Origin: an uncultured Verrucomicrobiota bacterium | Lineage (GTDB): Bacteria; Verrucomicrobiota; Kiritimatiellia; CAIKKV01; CAITUY01 | NCBI GenBank assembly: GCA_964535015.1 | Contig: CAZHRU010000004.1 | Location: forward strand, 2,716 to 61,328 | Length of the DNA: 58,613 nucleotides | Direction: 5' to 3' | Part shown: one piece after another, positions 17,699-26,210 of the stretch | Layout of the letters: each line of letters opens with the position of its first letter | Position numbering within the stretch: the first letter of the stretch is position 1 | Notes under the pieces: generated by a model | What the model was told of the DNA's origin: nothing | Seen by the model: the letters and a program-made list of their open reading frames with translations, nothing else | Database searches by the model: none | Position numbers and translations under genes: made by a program

Positions 17699-18721
17699 AT
17701 GATGAAGCAGTTCAATGTGTGTGTCGTAGGAATTGGAGCCGTCGGAACCGAAATGGTCCGATTGCTGAAGAAACGGAATTTCCCCGTCAAGTCCCTCACC
17801 ATCCTCGCCCGTAGCGAGCGCGAGGAAATCATCGACGGCGTCCCCTACCCCGTCAAGGTCGCCCGGCCGGAAGCCTTCGAAGGGATGGACTTCGCCTTCT
17901 TCGCCGGCACCGAAGGCGCCAAGGGCGCTTCCCAAACCCTCGGCTGGGAAGCCGTCAAACGCGGCTGTATCGTCATCGATAATGGCGATGACTTCCGCAT
18001 GGATCCAAAGGTCCCCCTGATCATCCCCGAAATCAATCCCGAGGCCATGAAGAACCATCAGGGCCTCATTGCCAACCCGAACTGTAGCACCATTATCGCC
18101 TTGATGCCGCTGACCGCCCTGCATAAGGCCGCCAAAGTCCGGCGCCTGGTGGCCAGCACCTACCAGGCCGTCTCCGGAACCGGCAGCGCCGCCGTCAAGG
18201 AACTGGAAGCCCAAGCCCGGGCCTGGGCCGCCGGACAACCGTTGGTCCACGAAGTCTACCCCCACCAGATTGTCTTCAATGTGTTGCCCTCCGTCGGCTC
18301 GTTCAAGGACGACTCAGGTGAGAGCACCGAGGAGATCAAAATGCGCAAGGAGACGCATAAGATCCTCGGCGACGACACCATCCGGGTGGCCACCACCTGT
18401 GTTCGCGTGCCGGTCCTTAACGGTCACAGCATCGCCATCCATGCGGAATTCGAAAAACCCTTGTCGCCAGAAACAGCCAGGACCCTGCTCTCCAAAACCG
18501 CGGGCGTCCGCGTCGTCGATGACCCCAAACACGCCGTCTACCCCATGCCCATCGATGCCTCAGGCGAGTACGATGTGCTGGTCGGGCGTATCCGCAAGGA
18601 CCTCAGCACCGATAACGGTCTGATCCTGTGGTGCGCCGGCGACAACATCTGGAAGGGCGCCGCGCAGAACGCGATCCAGATCGGCGAAGTCATCATCGAA
18701 CGGAATTACTTTCTCAAGTAG
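17699..18721 (+). CDS. asd: Aspartate-semialdehyde dehydrogenase
   Basis: IANPNCST, STYQAVSGTG, TCVRVPVLNGHS, DNIWKGAAQNAIQI. Confidence 0.96.
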   Translation: MMKQFNVCVVGIGAVGTEMVRLLKKRNFPVKSLTILARSEREEIIDGVPYPVKVARPEAFEGMDFAFFAGTEGAKGASQTLGWEAVKRGCIVIDNGDDFRMDPKVPLIIPEINPEAMKNHQGLIANPNCSTIIALMPLTALHKAAKVRRLVASTYQAVSGTGSAAVKELEAQARAWAAGQPLVHEVYPHQIVFNVLPSVGSFKDDSGESTEEIKMRKETHKILGDDTIRVATTCVRVPVLNGHSIAIHAEFEKPLSPETARTLLSKTAGVRVVDDPKHAVYPMPIDASGEYDVLVGRIRKDLSTDNGLILWCAGDNIWKGAAQNAIQIGEVIIERNYFLK

Positions 18722-18823
18722 ACGTTTTGCGGTATAATACTAGTGGAGGGACGGGGAGTAGATTCCCCCTTCGGTGTTCCCTCCCCTGCCCTGGCCTACA
18801 TCAGGCTGGGGCTCGAGCAGTTC

Positions 18824-18849
18824 TGGAGGGCGGAGCTCCCGCGACGCCG
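18824..18849. repeat. REP-like element TGGAGGGCGGAGCTCCCGCGACGCCG
   Basis: Near-identical to reverse complement of 9932-9956; between convergent asd and arsC. Confidence 0.7.
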
Positions 18850-18853
18850 CCCC

Positions 18854-19282
18854 TCAGTTCCCGCAAAGATTCCCGGGCATCCTTTCCACCCACCGTCGAA
18901 TCTCATCCCTTACCCGCCGGTAATGCCCCAAGGCTTCCTCCTCCGTCTTGGCGCACCGAGCCAACGCCGGTGGATCCTCAAACCCCGCATGAATAACCTT
19001 CGCCTTGCCGCTCAACCATGCCGGACAGGTCTCATGCGCATGCCCACACACTGTGACAACACAGTCGAACGGGATATCCTTGACCGCATCTGTCGTTTTC
19101 GACCGTTGCCCGCTGATGTCCACGCCGGCTTCAGCCATAACCTTGACCGCCTGCGGATTCAACCCATGCGTCTCAATCCCAGCCGAATACGCCTCAATCA
19201 CGTCTCCCTTCAACGTCCGCGCCCACCCCTCCGCCATCTGGCTCCGGCAAGAGTTTCCCGTGCATAGGAAAAGAATCTTCAT
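18854..19282 (-). CDS. arsC: Arsenate reductase, thioredoxin-dependent LMW-PTP type
   Basis: [16 protein letters not shown]-loop, [16 protein letters not shown]; last gene of acr3 operon. Confidence 0.93.
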   Translation of the reverse strand: MKILFLCTGNSCRSQMAEGWARTLKGDVIEAYSAGIETHGLNPQAVKVMAEAGVDISGQRSKTTDAVKDIPFDCVVTVCGHAHETCPAWLSGKAKVIHAGFEDPPALARCAKTEEEALGHYRRVRDEIRRWVERMPGNLCGN

Positions 19283-19959
19283 CGCTGGTCAACTTTTCTG
19301 GATTTCAGTTTTTCCATCAGCGCCTTTGCGCGATCGAGAGCCGCACGCTCTGCGTCATTGTCCGGTTCCGACCACGGCTGGGTCACGCGCCAGGTGATTC
19401 GACCATCCAGCGCCGGCCCGTCGAACGGGCCCGGATCCCATAGCGAGTAACCTTTGAACGGCGTCGGCTGTTCCTGATAGCAGGACCGTACCGCCTGGCG
19501 GATCTGTTGCTCCGGCTCGAACTGCAGATCTATCAGCGTCACCTGTTGCAGAAGACGCAGGATGAATTCCGCGGGAATGTTGTGAAGCACCGCATGAGCC
19601 GCGTCAGTCCCCAAGATACGCTTCCGCGCATCCACCCCATTGGCGAATAGCGCCTTCAGCGAGTCCCCGGTATGATGACCGGGAGACTCCGGCCCGCCAA
19701 GGATGAGGTACCGGATATTCGGATTGCCGACGAGGTTGCAGATCATCTTCTCAAAACCAATGTTGGGCGTCTGGACGGTGCCCGCCAGGGCCGCCCCGCT
19801 CTCCGCCCCGGCTCGTACAAGTTTCTCCAGATCGAGAGGGATCTTGTCCTCATCGGTATTGAGAATAATCGCCACAGCCACCGGAGAGGCATCGTTCCCC
19901 CTGAGGTACCGCCCCGGTTCGGCCGGGTAATTAGGATGCGGCGTTGCTTTGATCATCAT
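19279..19959 (-). CDS. MtrA-like (methyl-H4MPT methyltransferase subunit A family) soluble corrinoid protein
   Basis: [77 protein letters not shown]; no C-terminal TM anchor; ATGA overlaps at both ends. Confidence 0.85.
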   Translation of the reverse strand: MMIKATPHPNYPAEPGRYLRGNDASPVAVAIILNTDEDKIPLDLEKLVRAGAESGAALAGTVQTPNIGFEKMICNLVGNPNIRYLILGGPESPGHHTGDSLKALFANGVDARKRILGTDAAHAVLHNIPAEFILRLLQQVTLIDLQFEPEQQIRQAVRSCYQEQPTPFKGYSLWDPGPFDGPALDGRITWRVTQPWSEPDNDAERAALDRAKALMEKLKSRKVDQR

Positions 19960-21146
19960 CCCGCCCCTCCCCGGAACCAATGTTGCGTTCGCAGACATAT
20001 CCGCACCAACCCTAACATCACCGGCACTTCAATCAACACCCCCACCACGGTTGCCAGAGCCGCACCGGAGGAAAGCCCGAATAGCATTGTCGCCGTGGCA
20101 ATCGCCACCTCGAAGTGGTTGGACGCCCCGATCATCGCCGCTGGGGCCGCGTCACGATACGGCAGTTTCAACCATTTCGCCCACCCATACCCCAACCAAA
20201 AGATCAGCAGGGTCTGAATGAACAGCGGCACCGCGATCCAAAGAATCGTCAACGGATTGCTCATGATCGTTTCACCCTTGAAACTGAACAACAGGACGAG
20301 CGTCGTCAGCAACGCAAGAATCGTGATCGGCGTAAGCACGTGCAGAAACTTCTCCGTGAACCAAGACTCGCCCTTGACCTGGATGATCCACCGGCGGGAC
20401 AAATATCCGGCGACCAACGGCAGCGCCACGTAGATCACGATGGACAACAACAACGCCTGCCACGGAACCGGGAGTTTTCCCACGCCCAGCAGGAACCCGC
20501 CCAGCACACCGTAGAGCACGAGCATGGACAGGGAATTGATGGCCACCATGATCAGGGTCAGCCCGTCGTTGCCCTTGGCCAGATATCCCCACACCAGCAC
20601 CATCGCCGTGCAGGGTGCGATTCCAAGCAGAATACAACCCGCAAAGTAACTGCGCCACAGGGGAACCTGCAACATCTTGACTCCCTCATGCAACACGACC
20701 GTGCCCGCTCCATGCGTGGCCCCAACCGCCAGATCCAATCCGAACGGCATCTTCACCAAGTCCGTCGCTTCGTCCCCGATCAGGGCTTTGAACAGAAACC
20801 CGAGGAACAGCAGGGCAATCGCATACATCGTGAACGGCTTGATCGCCCAATTGACGAACAGCGTCAACCAGACCGGCTTGCCGCTCCTGCCAGCCTTCAC
20901 AACCGAGGCAAAGTCAATCTTCACCATGATCGGGTACATCATGAAGAAAAGGCAGATCGCAATGGGAATGGATACCACCGGGGCATCATTTACATAAATG
21001 GACATTCCATCCAGCGCCTTGGCCAGTCCCGGCGCCAGTTTTCCCAACAGGATTCCACCCACAATGCAGAGCGCCACCCACACGGTCAGATAGCGCTCAA
21101 ACATATTCGTCAACTTCCGCTCATTCGCCCCTTTTTCGCTACCCAT
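19956..21146 (-). CDS. acr3: ACR3 family arsenite efflux transporter
   Basis: [60 protein letters not shown]. Confidence 0.96.
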   Translation of the reverse strand: MGSEKGANERKLTNMFERYLTVWVALCIVGGILLGKLAPGLAKALDGMSIYVNDAPVVSIPIAICLFFMMYPIMVKIDFASVVKAGRSGKPVWLTLFVNWAIKPFTMYAIALLFLGFLFKALIGDEATDLVKMPFGLDLAVGATHGAGTVVLHEGVKMLQVPLWRSYFAGCILLGIAPCTAMVLVWGYLAKGNDGLTLIMVAINSLSMLVLYGVLGGFLLGVGKLPVPWQALLLSIVIYVALPLVAGYLSRRWIIQVKGESWFTEKFLHVLTPITILALLTTLVLLFSFKGETIMSNPLTILWIAVPLFIQTLLIFWLGYGWAKWLKLPYRDAAPAAMIGASNHFEVAIATATMLFGLSSGAALATVVGVLIEVPVMLGLVRICLRTQHWFRGGAG

Positions 21147-21160
21147 ACCTTCCCTTTCGC

Positions 21161-21862
21161 TTAACGCGCAGTGTAGATCAGATAAAAACCACCGGAAAGC
21201 ACCAGCCCCCCGCACACTTTCCTCAGAATCACCGCGCCCTTGGACTTCTCATTCCAATCCAAGTAATGCTGCACCACTTCCGTGAAGGTTCCTGCCACCA
21301 CAATCACCGCGCAGTGCCCCACCCCGTAGCACAGGAGCAGGAGGGTCCCGTATGCAAGGTCCGTTGCCGCCGCCTTGAACGACACCACCAACATCGGCGC
21401 CATATAGGCAAAGGTGCAGGGGCCCAGCGCGAGCCCGAACACCAACCCCAGAATCAATGCCGCCAACATCCCTTTCCCTTTCATACCCGGCTGAACCGCG
21501 TCCCGCATCGGCAGTCGGATCACACCCAACAGATAAAGCCCGACCGTAAAAAAGATCAGAGCCACCCCGTAGTTTCCCCAGCGCCCCACATCGCCCATCA
21601 TCCGCCCCGCCGCCGCCGTAACAGCCCCAATCACGCCTATGGTGATCAGGATGCCAACCGCAAAGAGCAGGGAAATGGTGAAGGCCCGCCGCGTACTCAT
21701 CCGCCCCTGCTGATCAATAAAACCCACGATCAACGGAATACTCGCCAAATGGCAGGGACTCAACAAGATGCTGAGCACACCCCAAATCAAGGCGGCACCC
21801 AACGCAATGCCCGCCGACCCCTCTACCGCATGCGACAGAACCGTAAAGATCCATTCCATCAT
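21161..21862 (-). CDS. CcdA/DsbD-like transmembrane thiol-disulfide electron transporter
   Basis: [14 protein letters not shown] and GLALGPCT cysteine motifs, about 6 TM helices. Confidence 0.9.
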   Translation of the reverse strand: MMEWIFTVLSHAVEGSAGIALGAALIWGVLSILLSPCHLASIPLIVGFIDQQGRMSTRRAFTISLLFAVGILITIGVIGAVTAAAGRMMGDVGRWGNYGVALIFFTVGLYLLGVIRLPMRDAVQPGMKGKGMLAALILGLVFGLALGPCTFAYMAPMLVVSFKAAATDLAYGTLLLLCYGVGHCAVIVVAGTFTEVVQHYLDWNEKSKGAVILRKVCGGLVLSGGFYLIYTAR

Positions 21863-22401
21863 TCTGACTTCTGACTCCTGACGCCTGATTTCTGCCCCAA
21901 CTCCACTCCAAGTTCCTTCCACTTCGCCAGAATGTCTTCCTTGCTGTAAAATCCTTCGTGCCTGAACACTTCCTTCCCGGCCACGTCATAGAATATCTGC
22001 GTCGGGATTAACTTGATCCCGCAGTCTTCTCCCGCCTTGGGGTTCTCCCAGACATCAACAAACTGAACGTCCACCTTTCCGGCATAGGTCTTCTTGAGGT
22101 CGGCCAGAATGGGCGCCATCATCTTGCACGGAATGCACTTCGTTGCCCCGAGATCAACCAGGCGGGGCAGGGACACCCCTTGCGTGGTTCTTTCGGCGGC
22201 GGAGTCCTTCCCTCCGGGCGCCTCAAAGACCGCCGCCGTCTCGTTCGCCCCCGGATTCTTCCCTGCGTTCTTGGCGATCAACACCCCCACAACACCCAAG
22301 GCCAATACAATCCAGATCCACTTACCCACCCCGGCGCAACAACTCCCTCCACCGCACCCACACAGTGAACCTTCGCCTTTACCGTCGCTCTCGTTTGTCA
22401 T
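21859..22401 (-). CDS. Membrane-anchored thioredoxin with Cys-rich N-terminus
   Basis: DLGATKCIPCKMMAP, IPTQIF; N-terminal CGCGGGSCC followed by TM helix. Confidence 0.9.
   Translation of the reverse strand: MTNESDGKGEGSLCGCGGGSCCAGVGKWIWIVLALGVVGVLIAKNAGKNPGANETAAVFEAPGGKDSAAERTTQGVSLPRLVDLGATKCIPCKMMAPILADLKKTYAGKVDVQFVDVWENPKAGEDCGIKLIPTQIFYDVAGKEVFRHEGFYSKEDILAKWKELGVELGQKSGVRSQKSE
21862..21889. repeat. Heptamer array (TTCTGAC-like)x4 inside thioredoxin 3' end
   Basis: ttctgac ttctgac tcctgac gcctgat; encodes SGVRSQKSE. Confidence 0.75.
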
Positions 22402-22458
22402 ACCACCCTCTTGACGTCAACCGAACCGATCCACTCCGAACCATAACCGTTTACGACC

Positions 22459-23232
22459 TCACGACCGCAGTTGGGCCAGCCGCCCCTCCAACTTGGGCCT
22501 CGCCGCTACCACAAAGGCGCTGACTTCTTCGGCCAACGGATTGACCGGCACTAAATCCTGCACCCCGGCAGGCGAAAGCCCTGAATCGCGCATCGTCGCC
22601 ACAGCACCCCTCAACATCTTCTCGATGCCATCCCACGCCGCTTGACGCGAAAGTCCTGATGTCTCGGCCAACGACGCCAGCATTTCCAGTTGCGGCCAAA
22701 TGAAGGTCAAGCCCATGGCGGTCACGACCGCGTAGATCTCAAGTTGCGCTTCGGGCACCTCGACGCACTCGCCCAGACTTCCGAACAACTTGCACAGAGC
22801 CGCGCGTTCCTGTTCCCCTAATGCTTCACCAAACACCGTGGGATTGTAACCCTTGCCGACGATGGACGCGGCATTCGGTATCATCCGTGCAATACGGCAA
22901 AAGCCGCCGAGCATCGCCGTCAACTTCGCAACGCTGAATTTCGGCGCAAGCGACACCATGACAGTATCGGACTTCAAACCCGGCTGAATCTGCGGAAGTA
23001 GTCCACCGATGACTGGCGGATGCACGGCCAGAAACACCACGTCCTGTTCCGTGGCTTCCGCGAGAGTTCCGACTCGAATATTAGGGTGCCGGATTTTGAG
23101 TGTTGTCACAACGTCCTGGTTGCAGTCGAAGACAACCACCTTCTCAGGCACGGCCCCGGCACGGGCCCATCCACCCAAAAAAATCGTCGCAATTCTGCCA
23201 CCCCCGATGAATCCTATGCTCTTCTTGCTCAT
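22459..23232 (-). CDS. Pyrroline-5-carboxylate reductase-like NAD(P)-binding oxidoreductase
   Basis: IGFIGGGRIA Rossmann motif, VVFLAVHP, IARMIPNA, helical C-domain; lacks canonical SPGGTT motif. Confidence 0.8.
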   Translation of the reverse strand: MSKKSIGFIGGGRIATIFLGGWARAGAVPEKVVVFDCNQDVVTTLKIRHPNIRVGTLAEATEQDVVFLAVHPPVIGGLLPQIQPGLKSDTVMVSLAPKFSVAKLTAMLGGFCRIARMIPNAASIVGKGYNPTVFGEALGEQERAALCKLFGSLGECVEVPEAQLEIYAVVTAMGLTFIWPQLEMLASLAETSGLSRQAAWDGIEKMLRGAVATMRDSGLSPAGVQDLVPVNPLAEEVSAFVVAARPKLEGRLAQLRS

Positions 23233-23260
23233 CGTCTGCCTCTTTCGTTTTGTTATTCCC

Positions 23261-23494
23261 CTAATCCAGCAACTTCCGGATCTCATCCACCCCCAACGCC
23301 TTGCCCGCACTCTTGACCTGCCCGTCCACAACCAAAGCCGGTGTCAACATGACGTTGAACTTCATGATGTCCGCGATCTTCTCAACCTTCTCCACCGTCG
23401 CGTTAAGGCCCAACGCCCTCACCGCCTCCTCCGCGTTGGCCGTCAACAGTTTGCATTTCGGACATCCCGTTCCCAGTATCTGTATTCGCTTCAT
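23261..23494 (-). CDS. Small redox-active disulfide protein (MTH895/ArsE-type thioredoxin fold)
   Basis: IQILGTGCPKC...VMLTPALVVDG. Confidence 0.92.
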   Translation of the reverse strand: MKRIQILGTGCPKCKLLTANAEEAVRALGLNATVEKVEKIADIMKFNVMLTPALVVDGQVKSAGKALGVDEIRKLLD

Positions 23495-23514
23495 GATTCC
23501 ATGCCCTCCACCAT

Positions 23515-24927
23515 TCACGCACTAACCATTCCCCAAACCAGTCCCGTAATCGTCGCCATCAACACCACCAAGCCGACATACGCAAGGGTCTTCCTCGGGC
23601 CGAGTATCGAATTGATCACCAGCATGCTGGGCAATGACAAGGCTGGCCCCGCCAGCAGAAGCGCCAGGGCCGGTCCCTGCCCCATCCCACTATCCATCAA
23701 CCCGCGCAAAATCGGCACTTCGGTCAGCGTGGCGAAATACATCAACGCCCCGGCGAACGAAGCAAAGAAATTGGTCCAAATCGGCCACACGGCAAAAAGC
23801 CACCGCGGCACAAGTCCACCTTCACTATGGACGTACCCCCAGAACACAGTCGGATCATCCCCCACCAAGGCCTGGATCCAACGATGCGGAACAATCCCGG
23901 CATCCTTGGCATCAGCGCTCCCAAGGAAGAAACCGGCGGCCAGCACACCCATGAACAAGAGAGGCATGATCTGTTTGGCAAACCCCCAACTCGCATTCAC
24001 CCACTCTAAACGTTCCTCCCGTCCAACCCAGCGCCGCACCATCAAGACCAGCATCAGCAACAGCCCTGCAACCAGGAACCAACGCCCCTGATAGACCCGA
24101 TTGCCTAGTTGCTCAGGATGCGCCGGCGTAACCTGCCGGATCTCGGCCACGGGTAAGATCCTCACGGCACCTTCCTCGGTGAGCACCCGGATATGCTCCG
24201 GAGTCTTCTCCAAAACCTGGCCCTCCACACTGTAAACCGTCAGACCGTTCGGACAACACAGAAAGACCGCTCGAACATCCCCACTACGTGCCCAGTTGGC
24301 AAAAACAAGTATCCCCACCATCCCGAGAAATATGACCGCCGTCTGCCAGAGCGGCCGCACCGGCTTGTCGTCCGTCTCCAGATACACCTCCGACGTCTGC
24401 GCCGCCTTGGCACGCTCCTCCTTGAGAAAGAACAGATGCATCAATGCGCCGATCACCACGCTGAACACCACCGCCCCCACCGTCCGCGCAATCCCCAAGG
24501 GAACCCCCAACACCCGCGCCGTCATCAGAATGGCCAGCACATTGATGGCTGGCCCCGAATAAAGAAACGCAATGGCAGGGCCCAATCCTGCCCCACGCAT
24601 GTAAATGCTTCCGAAAAGCGGCAACACGGTACACGAACACACCGCCAAAATCGTCCCCGAAACCGAGGCTACCCCGTAGGCCAGCACCTTGTTCGCCTTG
24701 GGCCCGAAGTACCTCATCACCGCGTTCTGGTTCACAAACACCGAGATCGCCCCGGCGATGAAAAACGCCGGAACCAGGCACAGCAACACATGTTCGCGTG
24801 TATACCACTTGACCAAACGGAACGCCTCAACCACCGCCCCTTGAAACCGCTGTGAGTCAACAGGCAAGAAATACAGGGCCAGAAATGCCGCCACCAGCCA
24901 TGCCAGATACCGGAGTTCCCGCTTCAT
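23515..24927 (-). CDS. ArsP-like (DUF318) permease with inserted soluble domain
   Basis: EHVLLCLVPAFFIAGAI, AVCSCTVLP, FLYSGPAIN, MYFATLTEVP, AGPALSLP. Confidence 0.9.
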   Translation of the reverse strand: MKRELRYLAWLVAAFLALYFLPVDSQRFQGAVVEAFRLVKWYTREHVLLCLVPAFFIAGAISVFVNQNAVMRYFGPKANKVLAYGVASVSGTILAVCSCTVLPLFGSIYMRGAGLGPAIAFLYSGPAINVLAILMTARVLGVPLGIARTVGAVVFSVVIGALMHLFFLKEERAKAAQTSEVYLETDDKPVRPLWQTAVIFLGMVGILVFANWARSGDVRAVFLCCPNGLTVYSVEGQVLEKTPEHIRVLTEEGAVRILPVAEIRQVTPAHPEQLGNRVYQGRWFLVAGLLLMLVLMVRRWVGREERLEWVNASWGFAKQIMPLLFMGVLAAGFFLGSADAKDAGIVPHRWIQALVGDDPTVFWGYVHSEGGLVPRWLFAVWPIWTNFFASFAGALMYFATLTEVPILRGLMDSGMGQGPALALLLAGPALSLPSMLVINSILGPRKTLAYVGLVVLMATITGLVWGMVSA

Positions 24928-25277
24928 CCTGTCACCCCCTTGGCCACCACCGCCGTCTCCCCTAGCAACCGGTTGTGCGTCGCCGCCGTCGATCGAATGA
25001 CTTCCTCCGTACAAACAAAGAACTGCGTCACACAAGGGCACTTCAAACGATAAAACACCTGAACCCCGCGCTTCTCGTCGGCCACAATCCCCGCATTCTT
25101 GAGAACCGAAAGATGCTTGGATACGGTGGAAATATCCGACCCCACCCACTCCCGGATCTCACGTACACACCGGGCCCCCGCCTTTAACTCATCCACAATC
25201 CTCAAACGGGCGGGATGCGCCAACGCCTTCATGATCCTGGCCCGCTCAACGTATAAGTCCTGCCGCCGACTACCCAT
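24924..25277 (-). CDS. arsR: ArsR/SmtB family metalloregulator
   Basis: KALAHPARLRI, STVSKHLSVLKNAGIV..EKRG..VFYRL; C-terminal CPC..C; GGAGGAG RBS. Confidence 0.93.
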   Translation of the reverse strand: MGSRRQDLYVERARIMKALAHPARLRIVDELKAGARCVREIREWVGSDISTVSKHLSVLKNAGIVADEKRGVQVFYRLKCPCVTQFFVCTEEVIRSTAATHNRLLGETAVVAKGVTG

Positions 25278-25301
25278 GGGTCACTCCTCCCTAATCATCA
25301 T

Positions 25302-25339
25302 TACTTGGCCATTTTGCCAAGTAGACACACCCACGTCAA
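25302..25339 (-). promoter_or_regulatory. arsR promoter with 8-6-8 operator palindrome
   Basis: TACTTGGC-N6-GCCAAGTA (25302-25323) overlapping minus-strand TTGACG-N17-CAAAAT. Confidence 0.75.
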
Positions 25340-25388
25340 ATCCAATCTTGAGCCGATCCCACCGCTATGCTATCTACCCCACCTGCGC

Positions 25389-25473
25389 GGGCGAGTGGTG
25401 AAATTGGCAGACACGCAAGACTTAGGATCTTGTGCCGCAAGGCTTGGGGGTTCAAGTCCCCCCTCGCCCACCA
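25389..25473 (+). tRNA. tRNA-Leu (anticodon TAG)
   Basis: GGGCGAG/CTCGCCC acceptor stem, CAAGA-CTTAGGA-TCTTG anticodon arm, long variable arm, GGTTCAAGTCC, encoded CCA. Confidence 0.97.
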
Positions 25474-25498
25474 AAACAGGCAAACCAGGATTCAGATT

Positions 25499-26134
25499 AT
25501 GAACAATGAGAAGAAGGATAAGAACAACGCATCACCAGCACAGGAACCGGCGTCCCACCAGACTCCCGCACCCGCCCCGGAATCTGGCCCCGTCACACCG
25601 GCAGACGAAGCCGCTCTCCCCGAACTCGAGCCGCTGCCCGACCCGCGTGACCTGGAAATTGCCGCCCTCAAGGACCGACTCCTGCGCCTCCAGGCCGACT
25701 TCGACAACTTCCGCAAACGCATGGCCCGTGATCGCGAAGAACAAGCCCGTCGCGCCTGCGAATCCTTACTCCAGGACTTCCTCCCCGTCGTCGATCACTT
25801 TGAACTGGGATTACGGTCCGCCCTCAAACACCATGTGAAACATACCGTCATCGAAGGCTTTTCCGGCGTCCTGAAACAAATGGAACAGGTTCTGGAAAGA
25901 GCCGGCGTCATCGCCATCGCAACTAAGTCCATGGCGTTCGACCCGCATCTGCACGAATGCGTCGCCCATGTCCACTCCGAGGAGCATGCCGAAAATACCA
26001 TCATTGAGGAGACGCGTCGGGGTTACCTCCTGGGCCCCTTCGTTCTCCGTGCCAGCCAGGTTATCGTCTCCAATGGACCCGCCCCGCTGACACCCGATTC
26101 CGCGACTGACGCCGTCACCAGCACCGACGATTGA
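25499..26134 (+). CDS. grpE: Nucleotide exchange factor GrpE
   Basis: LLRLQADFDNFRKR, FDPHLHE, RRGY.LG..VLRASQVIVS. Confidence 0.95.
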   Translation: MNNEKKDKNNASPAQEPASHQTPAPAPESGPVTPADEAALPELEPLPDPRDLEIAALKDRLLRLQADFDNFRKRMARDREEQARRACESLLQDFLPVVDHFELGLRSALKHHVKHTVIEGFSGVLKQMEQVLERAGVIAIATKSMAFDPHLHECVAHVHSEEHAENTIIEETRRGYLLGPFVLRASQVIVSNGPAPLTPDSATDAVTSTDD

Positions 26135-26210
26135 TCCTCGCCTGCCGCCAAAAGAAAACACCGTGGGAACCATTACGGCACCCACGGTGTTCAGCGGTCT
26201 CCGACAGGCA

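Noticed and set aside
19279-19959. HgcA mercury methylase, or evidence of methanogenesis
   Set aside because: No N(V/I)WCAAGK cap-helix motif, no TM domain, no hgcB ferredoxin; no other mtr genes and the context is bacterial
18722-25473. tRNA-Leu-integrated genomic island carrying the ars operon
   Set aside because: No integrase or transposase, no duplicated tRNA end seen, the operon lies 5' of the tRNA, and it contains the host-type heptamer repeat
25367-25498. N-terminal extension of GrpE in the ORF track
   Set aside because: Overlaps tRNA-Leu; ATG 25499 with AGGA upstream is the plausible start
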